Assembly: GCA_012295275.1 (NCBI GenBank)
Contig: CM022671.1
Span: 34,596,001 to 34,660,000, forward strand
Direction of reading: 5' to 3'
DNA length: 64,000 nucleotides
Source: Chrysomallon squamiferum
Lineage: Eukaryota; Animalia; Mollusca
A program made the translations under genes and the position numbers. The notes under the pieces were generated by a model that worked only from the letters and a program-made list of their open reading frames with translations, made no database searches and had not been told where the DNA came from. This document shows positions 30,904 to 50,800 of the stretch, in pieces. Positions within the stretch are counted from its first letter, which is position 1. Each line of letters opens with the position of its first letter.

Positions 30904-33249
30904 GTAATAATTATAACAACAACAATAATAACTGTAGTAGGAATATTTATTATAGTTAGTTGAAATAATATTGTTGCTACTGCTGTTGTCGTTACAGAGA
31001 AGTACTAGTATTATTACTGTATTTGTTGTAGCATCAGGATAGTCACGATGATGATGATGGTGATCGCGAAGATAGAGATCATGCTGACACTGATGTTGAT
31101 GACGCTGACACCAATGACGATGATGAAGATGATGACTATAATAACTATTGATTGGCAAACAGAGGATTAGCTTAAAACATCTAATGGAATGTGTGTTGTG
31201 TAACTCTAAGCTTAATTAACTTGTTTGTTTGCAACAGCGAAAATACAAGAATAAAAAATATTACATTAATATATTTTTCTTTTAGTTCCTTTTTACTTTA
31301 CATAAAACATGATTTAAGAAGAAAATGAAACAGACAAAGAAAGAAAGAGTAATAAAAATAACATATAAGTTGCTTTTTGTTTGTGATTTTTTTTCCCCGC
31401 CTGGCTTTCTTATTTTACTTTCTTCTTCTTCTTCTTCTTCTTATTATTATTATTATTATTATTTTTATTTTTATTTTTATTTTTATTTTTTATCTACTTA
31501 TTTATCTATTTACTTATTTATTTACATATTTTTGTTTATTATTTTATTTTATTATTATTTTTTTAATTTATTATTATTTTTTAATTTGTTTATTTTATTT
31601 TATTTTATAATATTTATTTATTTATTTATTTTTTATTTAAGATTTTTTTTTATTGTATTATTCTTTTTAATTTTTTTTTTATTATTTATTTATTTATCTT
31701 TTTTAAATTTTTTATCATTATTATTCTTTTTTTCTATTAAATTATTCTATTTATTTTTATTTATTGTTTTATTTTATTGTATTATTCTTTTTTTAATTTA
31801 TTTTTTTATTATTATTTATTTATTTATCTTTTTAAAATACTTTATCATTATTATTCTTTTTTATTCTTAATAAATTCTTCTATTAACGCTCTTGTTCCCA
31901 CACCTGTCACTCTCACACTGCTACCGAGACGTGAACACAACCAACATGGACACAAACCTCCACCCACCACTCCTGACAAGAATGCTTCAACGATAGTTTA
32001 CCAAGACCCACAGAAGATAACTCAATGTCTAATTTACCAAGTGCAACGGACAATCTCTCAGCTCTTCTGGAGACGCGAAAGCTTCACTGAAAGCTTCACT
32101 GAAAGCCAGTCCAAGAAAACGAGGGCAGGGAACTGCAAAAGAAGCGCACCGAAGCACCACAAGGATTTCCTGCCGTCAAAGGCGCGGCTGTCGATGCAGA
32201 TAAATAAATGGTATATTGGTCAGTCGAGTGGGGAACGAATCAGTGAAATTCTGACTGGATGTCTGACCGTGGAGTTTTCAAGTTGAGGATTTGTTATTGA
32301 AATAGTTTCAGTTCCAAGAGAAAGCGGGAACGTTTTACAGGCGATCGAGGTGGACACGTGGTGTGTACAAGTGACGTCAGAGTGTTAGAGTGTTAAGGAA
32401 ATGGACTTAAGTGACGGTGCTGCCAACACTCATTTTGTTTCGTTGTATTCGTTAGAAATGTCTTTTAATTTCTTATCAATGTAGATGGTGATGACGCATG
32501 AATTTTCTGATCTAAAGGAATCATCGTTTAGTCTGATTTTTATTAATTTTTTTTTTTTTTTTAAAAGATGACATTTTTTTTCTTTTACTACCTTTCCTGA
32601 AAATAACTGAAAAGTCGAGATGTTTCTTAATTAAGAGGTGAAACGTTTTGTTACTTCATTAATACTTTTCATGTTATTATTATTATCATTATCATCATTA
32701 TCATATTCATCATAATTATTATCGATCATTATCGTCATTATCATTATCATCACCATCATCGTAATTCATCATCATCATCATTATCATCATCATTATCCTT
32801 ATCATCATTATTATTATCATCATCGTCATCATCATCATAGTTTTTTCACTAGTTTCTAGTGTAACTGTCTATATTGGACGGGTTGTAGGAACAACCCAGT
32901 TCAGCTTTCTCTTTATGTCTGTGAAAAGAATCCTTGCTACTCACAGATGGTTAACTGGTTTCCTAAGATTACTAGTGAAAAACCACCGTTGTAACTAGTG
33001 GCAATAATCTGACCAGTATGTCAAGGCTTCAGAAAATAAATAACAGGAAATAGGAACGTCAGCGAGTGAAATAAATTCAGTAAAGTTAAATAATGTTTAA
33101 AAAAAAAATTAAAAAGAAAGAATTAAATTAAAATCTAGAAGTGCTTCACAATTTCCTTTGATTTATAATTTTAGAAAATATAAAAATAAAAATAAGATGA
33201 TATTGAAAAAAAAAAAAATTCCAAACAAAATATCAAGGAAATCGCTTTC

Positions 33250-33285
<36 letters not shown>

Positions 33286-34709
33286 TATTTGAATTCCAAG
33301 ACTGTTACTTATTTGAGAAAAAAAAAAAGAAAAGATATCTTTTGTTTGGAAGTGCACAGTTCGAAAACGGAAGTTTCCGAATTTATTTTCCATCAGAAAC
33401 CGATACGTCATCGTCTGAAGAAAACATCACGACGACTCTGAAACACGGCTCCGCTGACGTCAGTTTTTGTCTGTCGTTGAAAAATCACCTACTTCATAAT
33501 GACTGAATTCAGTTTTCGCCAATTGATTGGAATGTAACACACCAGCACACTTTGTACTCGACTCTTTTCCGTGGAATTCATTCACGTGACGACGCAGTCT
33601 GAGTTGAGCAATAAAGTGTTGAAATTAGCTACGACTTTTTGCTCTTTCTTTCATTTTTTTTATTTTTTCCTCTTTTCTTTTCGTAGAATGTTTATCAGAA
33701 AAGAGAAATGTAAACAAAAAGGTTTCATTTTTTTTATTTTTTATTTTTTTTTTTTAAGATGATTTGTTGATGTGATAAACAAGCTTCATGAGTATAGTTT
33801 ATTTATTTGTTTTTTAATTCTATTTAATTTATTTATGTTATATTATATTATTTATTTATTTTATCAATATTTGTATTTTATTTATTTTTATTCATTCATC
33901 CATTTATTTATTTATTGCTTTATTGATTTGATTTGTTTTGATTTTTTTAATATGAATTTTCTTTTATTTTTGGTTTGCTTTCATCATTATTTTTTTGTTG
34001 TTGTTGTTTTTAATTTTTTTAATTTTTAGTTTATCTTTATTTATTTGATTTATATTTTATATGAAAATTGTTTATATTTTTTATTTAATTTAATTTAATC
34101 TAATTTTAAATATAATTTCAATTTCGACTTTAATTTTAATTTAATTTCTTTTTTAATCTTAACTCAGCTTCAACTTCATTATATTTTATTTTATTTTATT
34201 TTATTTTATTTTATTTTATTTTATTTCATTTTGTCTTTTCTTCTTGTCTGATCTTGTCTTGTTTTGTTTTATCCTATTTTATTCTATTTCAGTTCTTTAT
34301 TCTTTGTTGCCATGTGTTTTTGCTGTCATTTACTTTTTTTATCTTGCTCCTTTATTTCTTTCTTGTATTCATAAAACCTCGTTGGAAAACAAAAAGTACA
34401 TTAATAGCCTTCTGCTAAAATTATCCAGACGTTACTTTCAAAATTAATTACCATACACGTTGCGCCAGATATTTGTGTCCATGCTATATATAGCTTACTT
34501 ATCAGCAGCAGATGTCTAATAAATAATAACATCATTTTCTATCATCGCTGATAAAATGCCTGAAGAAGAGCAGAAAATGGTCTCCTGTGTCAACAAAATG
34601 TTCCATTCACAAACACGAAACAACGAGATGATGTATGAAAGATTTCCTTAGGTCACTGACTGCTACAATACCTTTTAGAATGTTACAGTTTATTGTGTGT
34701 TAATAAGAT

Positions 34710-34806
<97 letters not shown>

Positions 34807-35129
34807 TTCAGAGAGACAGAGTGAGAGAGAGAGAGTGAGACAGAGATACAAAGAGAGAGATATATACAGAGATACAGAGAAAGACAGACAGACAGATAGA
34901 GTGAAAGAGACAGACAGAGAGAAACAGAGAGAAAGTGAGACAGAGATAGAGAGAGTCAGAGAGAGAGACAAAGACAGACATAGTGAGACAGAGAGAAACA
35001 GGCAGACATAGAGAGTGTGAAAGAGATAGAGATACACCGAGAGAGAGAAAGAGAGACAGACAGAGAGAGAGAAAGTGAAAGAGACAGAGAGATACACAGA
35101 GAAAAAGATGCAGAGTGAAAGAGACAGAT

Positions 35130-35168
<39 letters not shown>

Positions 35169-36170
35169 CGTTGATATATTGACAGATACCGAAAGACACA
35201 GACAGACTCGATCAAAGAGTGAATATATTGTTTTTATAACTTTACGTACGTACATGTAATTATTGATACATACAAACATACACTCATACATATATGCATA
35301 CATACACACATAAAAAAAAAGTCAAATATACATACACATACATATCTACATATACTTACACTTATACAAACAAAGACATAGTATTATACACACATACATA
35401 CACCTTCACACACTCAACTGTTGCGTCTTTTCATAGACTAAAACATAAAACATTTCTACATTTATAAAATAAATATTAAACGAGTACATGTTAATCACAA
35501 TGGACGCAACATCTCACCCATCACTTTGTGTATTAGCTACGGTGTATTACATTAGTTTTACGCCGCAATAAAATCAGACATTCAGGTTTATCTTTTTTCA
35601 CCTGGCTAGGAAGTAGACTATGCATTTTTAGTATACTTTTGTTATCTGTTATCTGAAGAACTGCAACATTTTTACAATGAGCCAAAACAATTAAAAAAAT
35701 TTAAAAAAAAAAAAAAAATGGTATGATTTATAGATTAAAAGTAAACTACGACTGAATGTGTGAAAGTACTTGGAGAAAGAGAAAGGATGAATGAATGAAT
35801 GAAAGATTGTGTTGCTGAGAAGAATGATCATCAGATGAAAAAACACACCAACCTGTTTTTATCAGGGTTAATTATTTTTGTTTGGCACGGTATACATAAT
35901 TTAAAAAAAAATAAGTAAAAACATTTGTAACAGGAAAAGTGCGAAATGTATGTACGTGTGTTTCTGTGTATGTGTGTATGTGTGTGTATATATGTCTGTG
36001 TGCGTGCGTGTGTTTATATATATGAATAGCATCATATTATTAGACGGTTGATCCTGGGAACCATCACTATGACATCAACAATACCAACAACATCATCAAC
36101 AACAACAACATCAACAATAGCAACAACAACATAACAATAACAACAATAACAACAGATAAATAAAACTTAC

Positions 36171-36621
36171 TGTTGATGACTGTATTCTTGCAATACGAAA
36201 CTTTTCTGGTTTCTGTCTCTCCTAGTTTTTCCGCTCGGACAGTCTCGCTGTCTGGGAAGGTGAAGACAAAAGGAGCTCCGCTCTTCCAGTTCACTTCGGA
36301 CAGTTTCATAACTTCGGCCTTCCTTTCGTCCTTAGCACCATCGCTCATCGAACCCCGTTTGCTTCTCGCAATAATCTGGGTTCGGCGGGTCCCGTCGCCG
36401 ATTTCCTTAATGACCGCTAATCTAGGAGGTCTGTTCGTGACGTAGAACACGGGTTCGGGAACCGTTACCTTCGCCGAACTCGTAGAGGCATAGCCGGATT
36501 TCCCTAGCGATCGTCTGCGAATGTTTTGAATGACTTTGTCCAGAGAAAGGTTCTTTTTGGCGAGGGCGATGTCGCCCCACGAACTGTTCTCAAATCCGTG
36601 CTTCCAGCGCCAGTCCGCCAT
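36171..36621 (-). CDS. Probable first coding exon (150 codons + 1 nt) of an unidentified multi-exon gene running leftwards; MADWRWKHGFENSSWGDIALAKKNLSLDKVIQNIRRRSLGKSG...YCKNTVIN
   Basis: GC-rich, non-repetitive island with a long open frame, Kozak-like agaATGG and consensus donor CA|gtaagt at 36171/36170, with microsatellite immediately after it. No recognisable domain; basic, probably disordered sequence with RRRS and KRGS motifs. Confidence 0.7.
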
Positions 36622-36805
36622 TCTCGCTTTCTCAATGCTGACTTCTTCTGCTCGTCTGCCGTTTTCAACGCCGATAACCACCGATCGTTTTTGGCGTTAC
36701 GCGCGCGCTTGGCGGACACTGATTGTCTTGTTTGCTAATAGCGAAGATGCTCTGTTTAAAAGCGTGCGGGGGATTTTCCTCGTGATGCTGTTGAAACATG
36801 CAGGG

Positions 36806-36811
36806 TTTATA
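36806..36811 (-). promoter_or_regulatory. Candidate TATA box for the 36621 exon
   Basis: TATAAA on the minus strand. A start about 30 nt downstream (near 36781) would make 36621 the first ATG of the transcript, since there is no ATG between 36781 and 36622. Confidence 0.35.
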
Positions 36812-37057
36812 ATGCGTTACTCGCCGCCTGCTTTGTTAATGTGTGTGGCAAAACCAAATTTTTTTTTTTACGACGTGAGATAATGGCGTGTGTAACTTGT
36901 AGTGATTAGTAATGAGATTGGGCTTGTTTATTCTAGAAATGTTTTTTTTTTTTTTTTTTTTTTTTACAAAACAGACGTAAGAAATTAGCCTGCGTGAAGA
37001 TGAGAAAGATGAAAAAGAAAAGACAAATATAGATAGATAGATAGATAGATCGATAGA

Positions 37058-37089
<32 letters not shown>

Positions 37090-37982
37090 TAGACAGGCAG
37101 ATAGACAGACGGACAGACAGAAAGAGAAAACCAATAAACACGAAATGAGAAACGATTACAGAGTTTCATTTACTACCTTTTCTTTTTCTCTCATTTTCTT
37201 CTTCATTTTTTTCCCCAATTAAAACTACAACTGATTAGCATTACGTGCACAGCTAAGTTCTGTTGCCCAGTTTACATCACAAAGTGGATGTTTGTAAACA
37301 CTTTAGCTAATGACAAAACAACTCCAGAGGGCTTCTAACCAATTTGAATGTAAAAGTTAATTGAGTGCATCTTACATGTAGTTATTATAAAGCAGGAAAC
37401 AAGATACTGGTTAACTGAATAGGACCTTATACTGGTAATAAAAATATTTTTAAAAATCGTATCACCACATAATGCAAATATTCATATATAGATAGATAGA
37501 TACATATACAGATAGACAGACACACAAACAGACAGACAGACATACAGACAACAGACTGAAACATATGATATTATGACTCCATTCCATGAGCTAATATTAT
37601 CGACTAACAGTAGTAAGGTTGTTTTTATCTCGTTATTTCCTAGACGAACGCTCTGAACAATGAGCCAATGTAATTCCTATGTGATACTGAAAAGAAATAA
37701 ATTTCCCTTTCTGTGTTTACCGAACACTCCTGTCTGAGTTGAAAACACACTGTGATCCAGAGGTTTATATTGGTTTTCAGTCCGTCACTAGACCGAGGTA
37801 ATTTTCACAGCATAGACCAGTTTGTTACACGTCAAAATGTAATTAGGTTTGTTTCTGTGTTTGATCGCTCGTTTGTTTGTTTTATTGTCTTGTTCCTGTT
37901 GATTCGCTGTTTATCTTTCAGTTTGTTTTTCAAATTAGTTTATTTATTTTGATTATTTTGTTTCTTTTTTTTTGTTTGTTTG

Positions 37983-38027
<45 letters not shown>

Positions 38028-38156
38028 CATCACAAAGATATAATTCAGACTGAGTATCCTTATTTTTTTAAAAAAAAAAAAAAAAAAAAGTACTGGTTTC
38101 TTTTGTTAGTACTATTTTTTTTCTTGGTATTTATTATTTATTTATTTATTTATTTA

Positions 38157-38206
<50 letters not shown>

Positions 38207-38899
38207 CTTTAATTTTCATAATTAAAGTTTAAGGCATTTATTAGTTTCATTAGTGCACCTATCGTAAAAGACTGAGTCTCCATGATATTTTTTTTTTATG
38301 ATAACATGATATATGACCGAGAACTTACGACCACCAGTGTTATAATGAATACTACTTTTATCTAGGGAAAATTTAACCGTTCCCCTCCCCTTCTCTAAAC
38401 TTTAAAGTGACAGAAATATTACTGGTTAGATGGGGATTGTCTAATTATTGTTTATATATTTATCAGACATTGAATATATATTTATTTTTTTTATTATTAT
38501 TATTATTATTTTCTTTTTAATGAGTGCATATGATGTAAACCAAACGAAATCAGAAACTTGTTTGTATCATTAATATTTTATAATTTTATCATTAATTTCG
38601 ATGCTTGGTTTATTTGTTTGTTTGTTGTTGTTGTTGTTGTTTGCTTACTTATTTATTTATTCATTCATTCATTCATTTATTTACCTACTTACTTATTATT
38701 AAATAATTTTTTCTTTAATGCTTACACCTTATTTCATTGTGAAACTTATTTCCACAACAATGCTGGTATATCCCCTACCCTTTTCTCAAATCTTAGATCC
38801 GCACCTAAATCGTCGAAGTTATTTCACAGCCTCACGTATTGTGTACCAAGAGGTAAACAAACTAGACTATCTCGCTACGCTTGAAGTTAGTGTCAATGA

Positions 38900-38973
38900 C
38901 ACTGCGAGGTCAAAACGTCAAAATCCCTCGACGTTTCTCTACTGACATTTTAAAACCTTCTGTGCTGCTGCAG
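38900..38973 (+). other. Candidate non-coding 5' exon of the alkaline phosphatase gene
   Basis: A strong donor CAG|gtaaga at 38973/38974 could pair with the acceptor tttcag|GTCTC at 40156/40157, 14 nt before the ATG. The start coordinate is a guess. Confidence 0.35.
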
Positions 38974-39309
38974 GTAAGAAAAGTTTTGCTGATTTACAGT
39001 AACTTAAACCAAAAGCTGTAGGATGCCGTGAACGGAAAAATCATTTTAGTTCTGGAAAACATGCGTAATTATTACAAACGTATATTTACATGTAAAGGAT
39101 GTTTATGTATGATACTCGTGTATGATAAATTACTTGTAATTCATAATAGGACTCAGTACAGGATATTTAATATATTATTATTAGGTGTGTTTTGTTCGTT
39201 TGACAGTGGAATAATCTTTAAGAACTATCATAAGAGATGTGTGTGTGTGTGTGTGTGGGTGGGTGGGTGTGTAAATATAAATATAAATATAAATAAATAA
39301 ATAGAAAAA

Positions 39310-39340
<31 letters not shown>

Positions 39341-39674
39341 AGTTATGTTTTATATAATGACACGTTTAACTTGCTAGCGGTCATGTTTCTCTCGCTATAA
39401 TTTTGTTTTGACATTTTTATTTTTTATTTTTTATTTTTTTCCTTTTTGCTTTTGTATGTTCAAATGCATATAAAATGGAGCTTTATGTAACCTCGAACTA
39501 AAACTCTTCACAATACTTGATATACATAATAAACACCTTTTGTGAGTAAAGTATTTTTAGATCACTTACAGTGTTTTAAAAAATGTAAAATAGAACATTA
39601 AAACTGATTATAATGTAATTAGCCTGGATAGTGTTTTTCACGTTTTTATTTATTTATTTATTTATTATTATTAT

Positions 39675-39710
<36 letters not shown>

Positions 39711-39959
39711 TGCGGTGGTATTGTTTATTATTTTTTAATTTCTAAATTTATTTTATTTTATTTTATTTTATTTATTATTTTACTTTTTGTTATTTATTTA
39801 TTTATTTTGTGTGCTATGGTATCGTTAAACAAATACCATCGCTACATAGCAGTTTAAAACATTTTCAAAGTCAAATAAAACAGTGAATGAGTACTGCATG
39901 TTACTAACTAAACACGTAATCCAGTATCTGCGCATATTCTCTTAACACGTGTTCAGTGT

Positions 39960-40080
39960 TTGGTGGGATCAGCACAAGAAAGAACCTAGGATCAAATCTG
40001 TGTAGTTCTCCGGTTGGGTAACTTCACAATCTAGCCTGTGTTTCTCGGGGTTTATCAAAGATAGTGTGGCACGTGTTTCA
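39960..40080 (+). mobile_element. Highly decayed SINE-like remnant just upstream of ALP coding exon 1
   Basis: ctaggatcaaatc...ttgggtaacttcacaatctagcctgtg...tatcaaag...gtggcacgtg parallels the head and core order of the other copies. Confidence 0.3.
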
Positions 40081-40170
40081 GATACTACGACCACGTTATT
40101 ATTACGGGAATAAAACTAAAGAGCAGAACGAAGTGAGCTGATTTGTTTAATTTCAGGTCTCGTTCAAAAC

Positions 40171-46443
<6,273 letters not shown>

Positions 46444-46550
46444 GTAACTGTCGTAGAGCTGAGTTGTCCTAGTTTTGATAAAATATATATTTATTTTTTA
46501 GCGATCTGAGAAGTCGAAGAATAATTTACGACTAGAACTATTGCTTCTGC

Positions 46551-46594
<44 letters not shown>

Positions 46595-46704
46595 TTTTTA
46601 TTGTTGTTGTTGTTGTTGTTGTTATCATTATTATTATCATCATTGTTATTATTATTATTATCGTTATCATTAGCATTATTATTTTTATATTATTATTATT
46701 TGTA

Positions 46705-46768
<64 letters not shown>

Positions 46769-47071
46769 GACATTATTATTATTTTTATTTTTTAACGTTA
46801 CTGTTATTGCTATGGTTCTGTTCATTATGACGATTCTGTTTCTTTTATATTTTTTATAATCATTATTACATAGTGTAGACAAAGATGTTCATGTCTTGTA
46901 TATTATAATATCTGAATGTTAACAGAACCAGAACATAACTAACTTTTCTGTTTTAGGTAGTCCTAATTTCCTTTTGTTATCTTTTCATGTTTATAAATTT
47001 ATTTTGAACTGTGATTATTATTATTGTCATTATTACTATTATTATCATCATTTTAATTTTTATCATTATTA

Positions 47072-47111
<40 letters not shown>

Positions 47112-47856
47112 CATCATCAACAGCATCAACAAATTTATGTTTATTTCTCTTATTTTCTGTGTTGTTTTTTTTTCATTTATTTATATTTTCTTCTGTTTTC
47201 AAAATTAAATTTTCCTTCTCAAATCCCATCTCTGTTTATTTCATATTTTATAATAGTTTTTTTTTTTTTTTTTATATATATCCTTGTATAAATATTGTTT
47301 ACGACGAAAACCGATAATAAAGATAATGTTACTGTAAAAAGAAAGATGAGTGTGTTATTGATTCAAAACAAAACTGAATTACTTCGATACCTTAATTTCA
47401 CTGCCTCGATCTCAGCATTGTCTATGTTTGTGTGTGTGTGCGTACGTGCGTGCGTGCGTACGTGTATATTAGTCAGTGAGTGTTTTACGAACACGCAAAC
47501 TTTGGGTGTATGTATGACTACCCGCAACTCCACATTTTTTTTTTTTTTAGCTTCAAAAGATTCAGTTTCCTTTCACGTCAGATTCTGTGATATCAAACAC
47601 AGGATACAGGGACACAAAAGGATGTTTTTAAATGGAATTTATTTATAAACACTTGTCACTGTTCGTTCACGCGGAAACACTAAAAGGTGTGTTTTTAATG
47701 TCTGTTCTTAAATGTAGCTTAGCTCGTGAAGATGTTAAAAAATGAACTGCAAACACGATCAACTGAGCTCAACTGAACTCAGCTGAATCACTCTGGGGTG
47801 CATACACATTTGTGCCTTAGGAATTTTTCTGAAGCGTTTATTTTCTTTTATATATG

Positions 47857-47927
<71 letters not shown>

Positions 47928-48966
47928 TACACACAAAATATGTCATATATTTATTTATTTTTCATTCATTCATTCATTTATTTATTATTGTTATTGTTAT
48001 TGTTATTGTTATTGTTATTGCTATTGTTATTATTATTATTATTTGTTTTTTTTTTTTTTTTTTTTTTATTTATTTCTTTTTTTGTTCTTTGTGACTCTTT
48101 ACATCTGCTGTTGTGATTACATCATGTAATTTTTAAATTATTTTCAAAGGGTTTTACTGAGAATATCAGGTCAGCACATAAAACTGATCTGAGACAAAGA
48201 TTTTACACGTGAACACGTCGAGTACAACTAATCCGTTACAACTGTTTGATTGTAAACTGACAAAACAAGTCTGAATCTAACCATCATTATTAATAATTTC
48301 TTATACACAGACTTTGTTCTTACCTCCTTCATAACTGTTTTCAGTGGGAAGACGCCTATTATACATACTACAGACAGACAGACATACGTACGTACATACA
48401 TATATACTTCACATACATACATATATGCAAATTATAAATACTGCAAATGTAGCCTAAGTAATTGTTCGAAATATTGCTAATGATCCAGTTTTAAATTTTT
48501 GATTTTGTTCAGAATGATTTCACATTAATTTACTATCGTTTTTAACAACTGAATCAAATGTAATTGCAACAAATTACGTAATTAAATATTTAAATAAATA
48601 ACAAAATATTTAGATATATATATGCTACATACATTCATACATACAGACAGACATACACACACTCATACATACGTACATACATACGTACATACACACAAAC
48701 ATACATACATACATACATATATATACATTTGTATGTTTGTGTGTATGTATGCATGTATGAAATAATAATTATTATTAAACGTAAATAAATTATATTTATG
48801 TAGATAAACAAAATTAATATCTGATTTTTTTTTTTTACCTCTTTAAAAAAGTCTTAGTCCGTTTTAATATTGCTAATGGACTGAAAATATTTTCTTTGAT
48901 TCTGTCACTGAATGAATACAGAAGGAGATTAGAAATTGTTATATTCTGTTTAGTTACAGTTAACTG

Positions 48967-50311
48967 ACAGATTTCAGAAGCTTCGTTGTCGCAGTAATTT
49001 TGTTAATTGTGTACTTCAGTTTCGGTGCTGCTGTTGAACATGTCAAAGTTACAACAACTGCAAACACGTCATCGCAAGATATATATTATCTAACAGATAC
49101 ATCAGACGTCAGTGACGTCCTAAACGTTTCTATGGAAACTGGTTCTAGCAGGTTCAGAAAGCAATCCATTACGTCATCGTCATCATCACCAACATTAACG
49201 TCGACATCCACCTGTACACGTTCTGTAATATCTATAGCATCAGTACATTCGACGACATATGTGCTAACAACAACGCCTTGGTCAACAACCATTTCTATGG
49301 CAACAACAACGACAATGCTAACCATTTATACGTGTGATTCTCTAAACCTTCTGCTGCATCTGAATGTATCTAAACCATCTGCATTTCCGTCAACATCAGC
49401 GACACTTTCCTCAGGTCGAGTGACATCAGTCACAGAACGAATACTACCGTCATCTCCAACGACAACACCTTCTGAAGGACGGCCCATCCTGGACGCGGGG
49501 ATAACGTCTAGAATTCAGTACCGGACAGTGAATTAATTACAGGATTTATTTTGTTGTTTCAGCCTGAATCACGGATGGTCTTCAGTTCGATCGACATCGC
49601 TGACTTCAACAACCGGTTTCTCAAACGTCTTTCCTCCTCAATTCTCGTGCGTCTCGGCGACATCGAACTCTTCGTCGTCGCCATTCAGATGACTGCGAGA
49701 AGTACGGACTTCATCTACGACGTCGAGTCAGTGTGTTTTTCAGTGTATCTGAACGTTGTCTTACTTACCACCTGATCAAAGACTGCTGACAGACCTCGCC
49801 GCGGCCTTACCTCTGAAAGCGAAGTACTTCAGACGTATTCAGAAGTACTTCAGATGTATTCAGATGTACTTCAGACGTATTCTGAAGCCGCTGGCAGCGT
49901 GTGTTCTCATCTTCGTCATCTGCGACGTCTACCGCGTCTTCTACGTCTTCTACGTCTACATGTTGGTGAAGAACGACATGGTCTGTTACGATCGTGCAAT
50001 AGACGGCGCCTGACTTAAATTCGAAACAACTTCGTTTTTCAAAACGCTTGAAGACATTTACGTTCGTCTTTATGTCCCCGGCGAGGTTGTTTTCGTCTTC
50101 TGTCAAATTCTGTTCCGCACCGACCTCAACATTATCCTCGTCAGCATCATTCACTGCTGCAGACGTTAGAAGGCAAAAACTTTCAGAAGATGAGTTACAA
50201 GGAAGAGCAGTCTACGATCTCCTTGTCCTACCCAAACCCCTCACAGAGTTCGTTGTAGCCACTGGAAATGTTCATGATATTTACACGAAAAAATATATTT
50301 TCTGTTTCTGA
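48967..50311 (+). pseudogene. Pseudogenised paralogue of the adjacent mucin-stalk GPCR (signal peptide, S/T stalk, TM2-TM6 remnants)
   Basis: Collinear similarity across frames to the 51636-53231 protein: PILDAGITSRIQYRTV~SVLHDGLVSEASYNRI; LVRLGDIELFVVAIQMTAR~LLCLSSAELVVVTLSCTGR; AAALPLKAKYFRRI~AVVFPLKAKHFRLI; LYVPGEVVFVF...LNIIL~LFMCGDVLFVY...LNVVL; RRQKLSEDELQ~SRKKLSKADTQ; VYDLLVLPKPLTEF~VFIVLVLPIQLTEI. Disablements: in-frame stops (49534-49536, 50011-50013, 50167-50169), frameshifts, deletions, no in-frame start ATG, and no clear TM7. Confidence 0.88.
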
Positions 50312-50517
50312 CTGTTTCTAAATTTACAGCGAACGGCAAACTAACTACTCGATCAGAGAGTGGATATGTCATTTTATATGATGTTGTGAAAGGAATTTCA
50401 GAATAGGTTGTTGTATAATAGATACATAATGGTTTAAGAATGTTTAATTGTTTATGAAATAAATAATAACACTTCTAATTGTATACTTCTGATTGTAACA
50501 TTATGCTGGTGTTATAT

Positions 50518-50578
<61 letters not shown>

Positions 50579-50629
50579 AACCCACATTAAAATAAAATTT
50601 AACAAATTAAAGTGAAATAAAATAAAAGC

Positions 50630-50800
50630 AATAGCTTACTGATAGAACGAGCGATCTCTCAGAATGTACGATCGCGGGATCAAAACCCTTCGGTGGCGTT
50701 TTCCAGTTACGACTAGTTTTCCTGTGACTGTGTACATGATGTCTTCGAATCTATGATCCTTCCTTCCTTATAGCATATATAAAAATTCCTTGCACCAAAT
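50630..50800 (+). mobile_element. Degenerate SINE-like remnant between the two GPCR copies
   Basis: Shares ctctcagaatgtac with the 57930 copy, then gggatcaaaaccct (B-box-like) and gcatatataaaaattccttgc. Confidence 0.45.

Noticed and set aside
36665-36799. 44-codon upstream ORF (MFQQHHEENPP...) before the 36621 exon
   Set aside because: Its ATG is only about 12 nt from the candidate TATA box and so probably lies upstream of the TSS; it cannot be supported without transcript data.
49086-50154. Acidic minus-strand ORFs (49086-49325, 49807-50154, including the NTSEV repeats)
   Set aside because: Antisense shadows of the + strand GPCR pseudogene; the homology is on the + strand.
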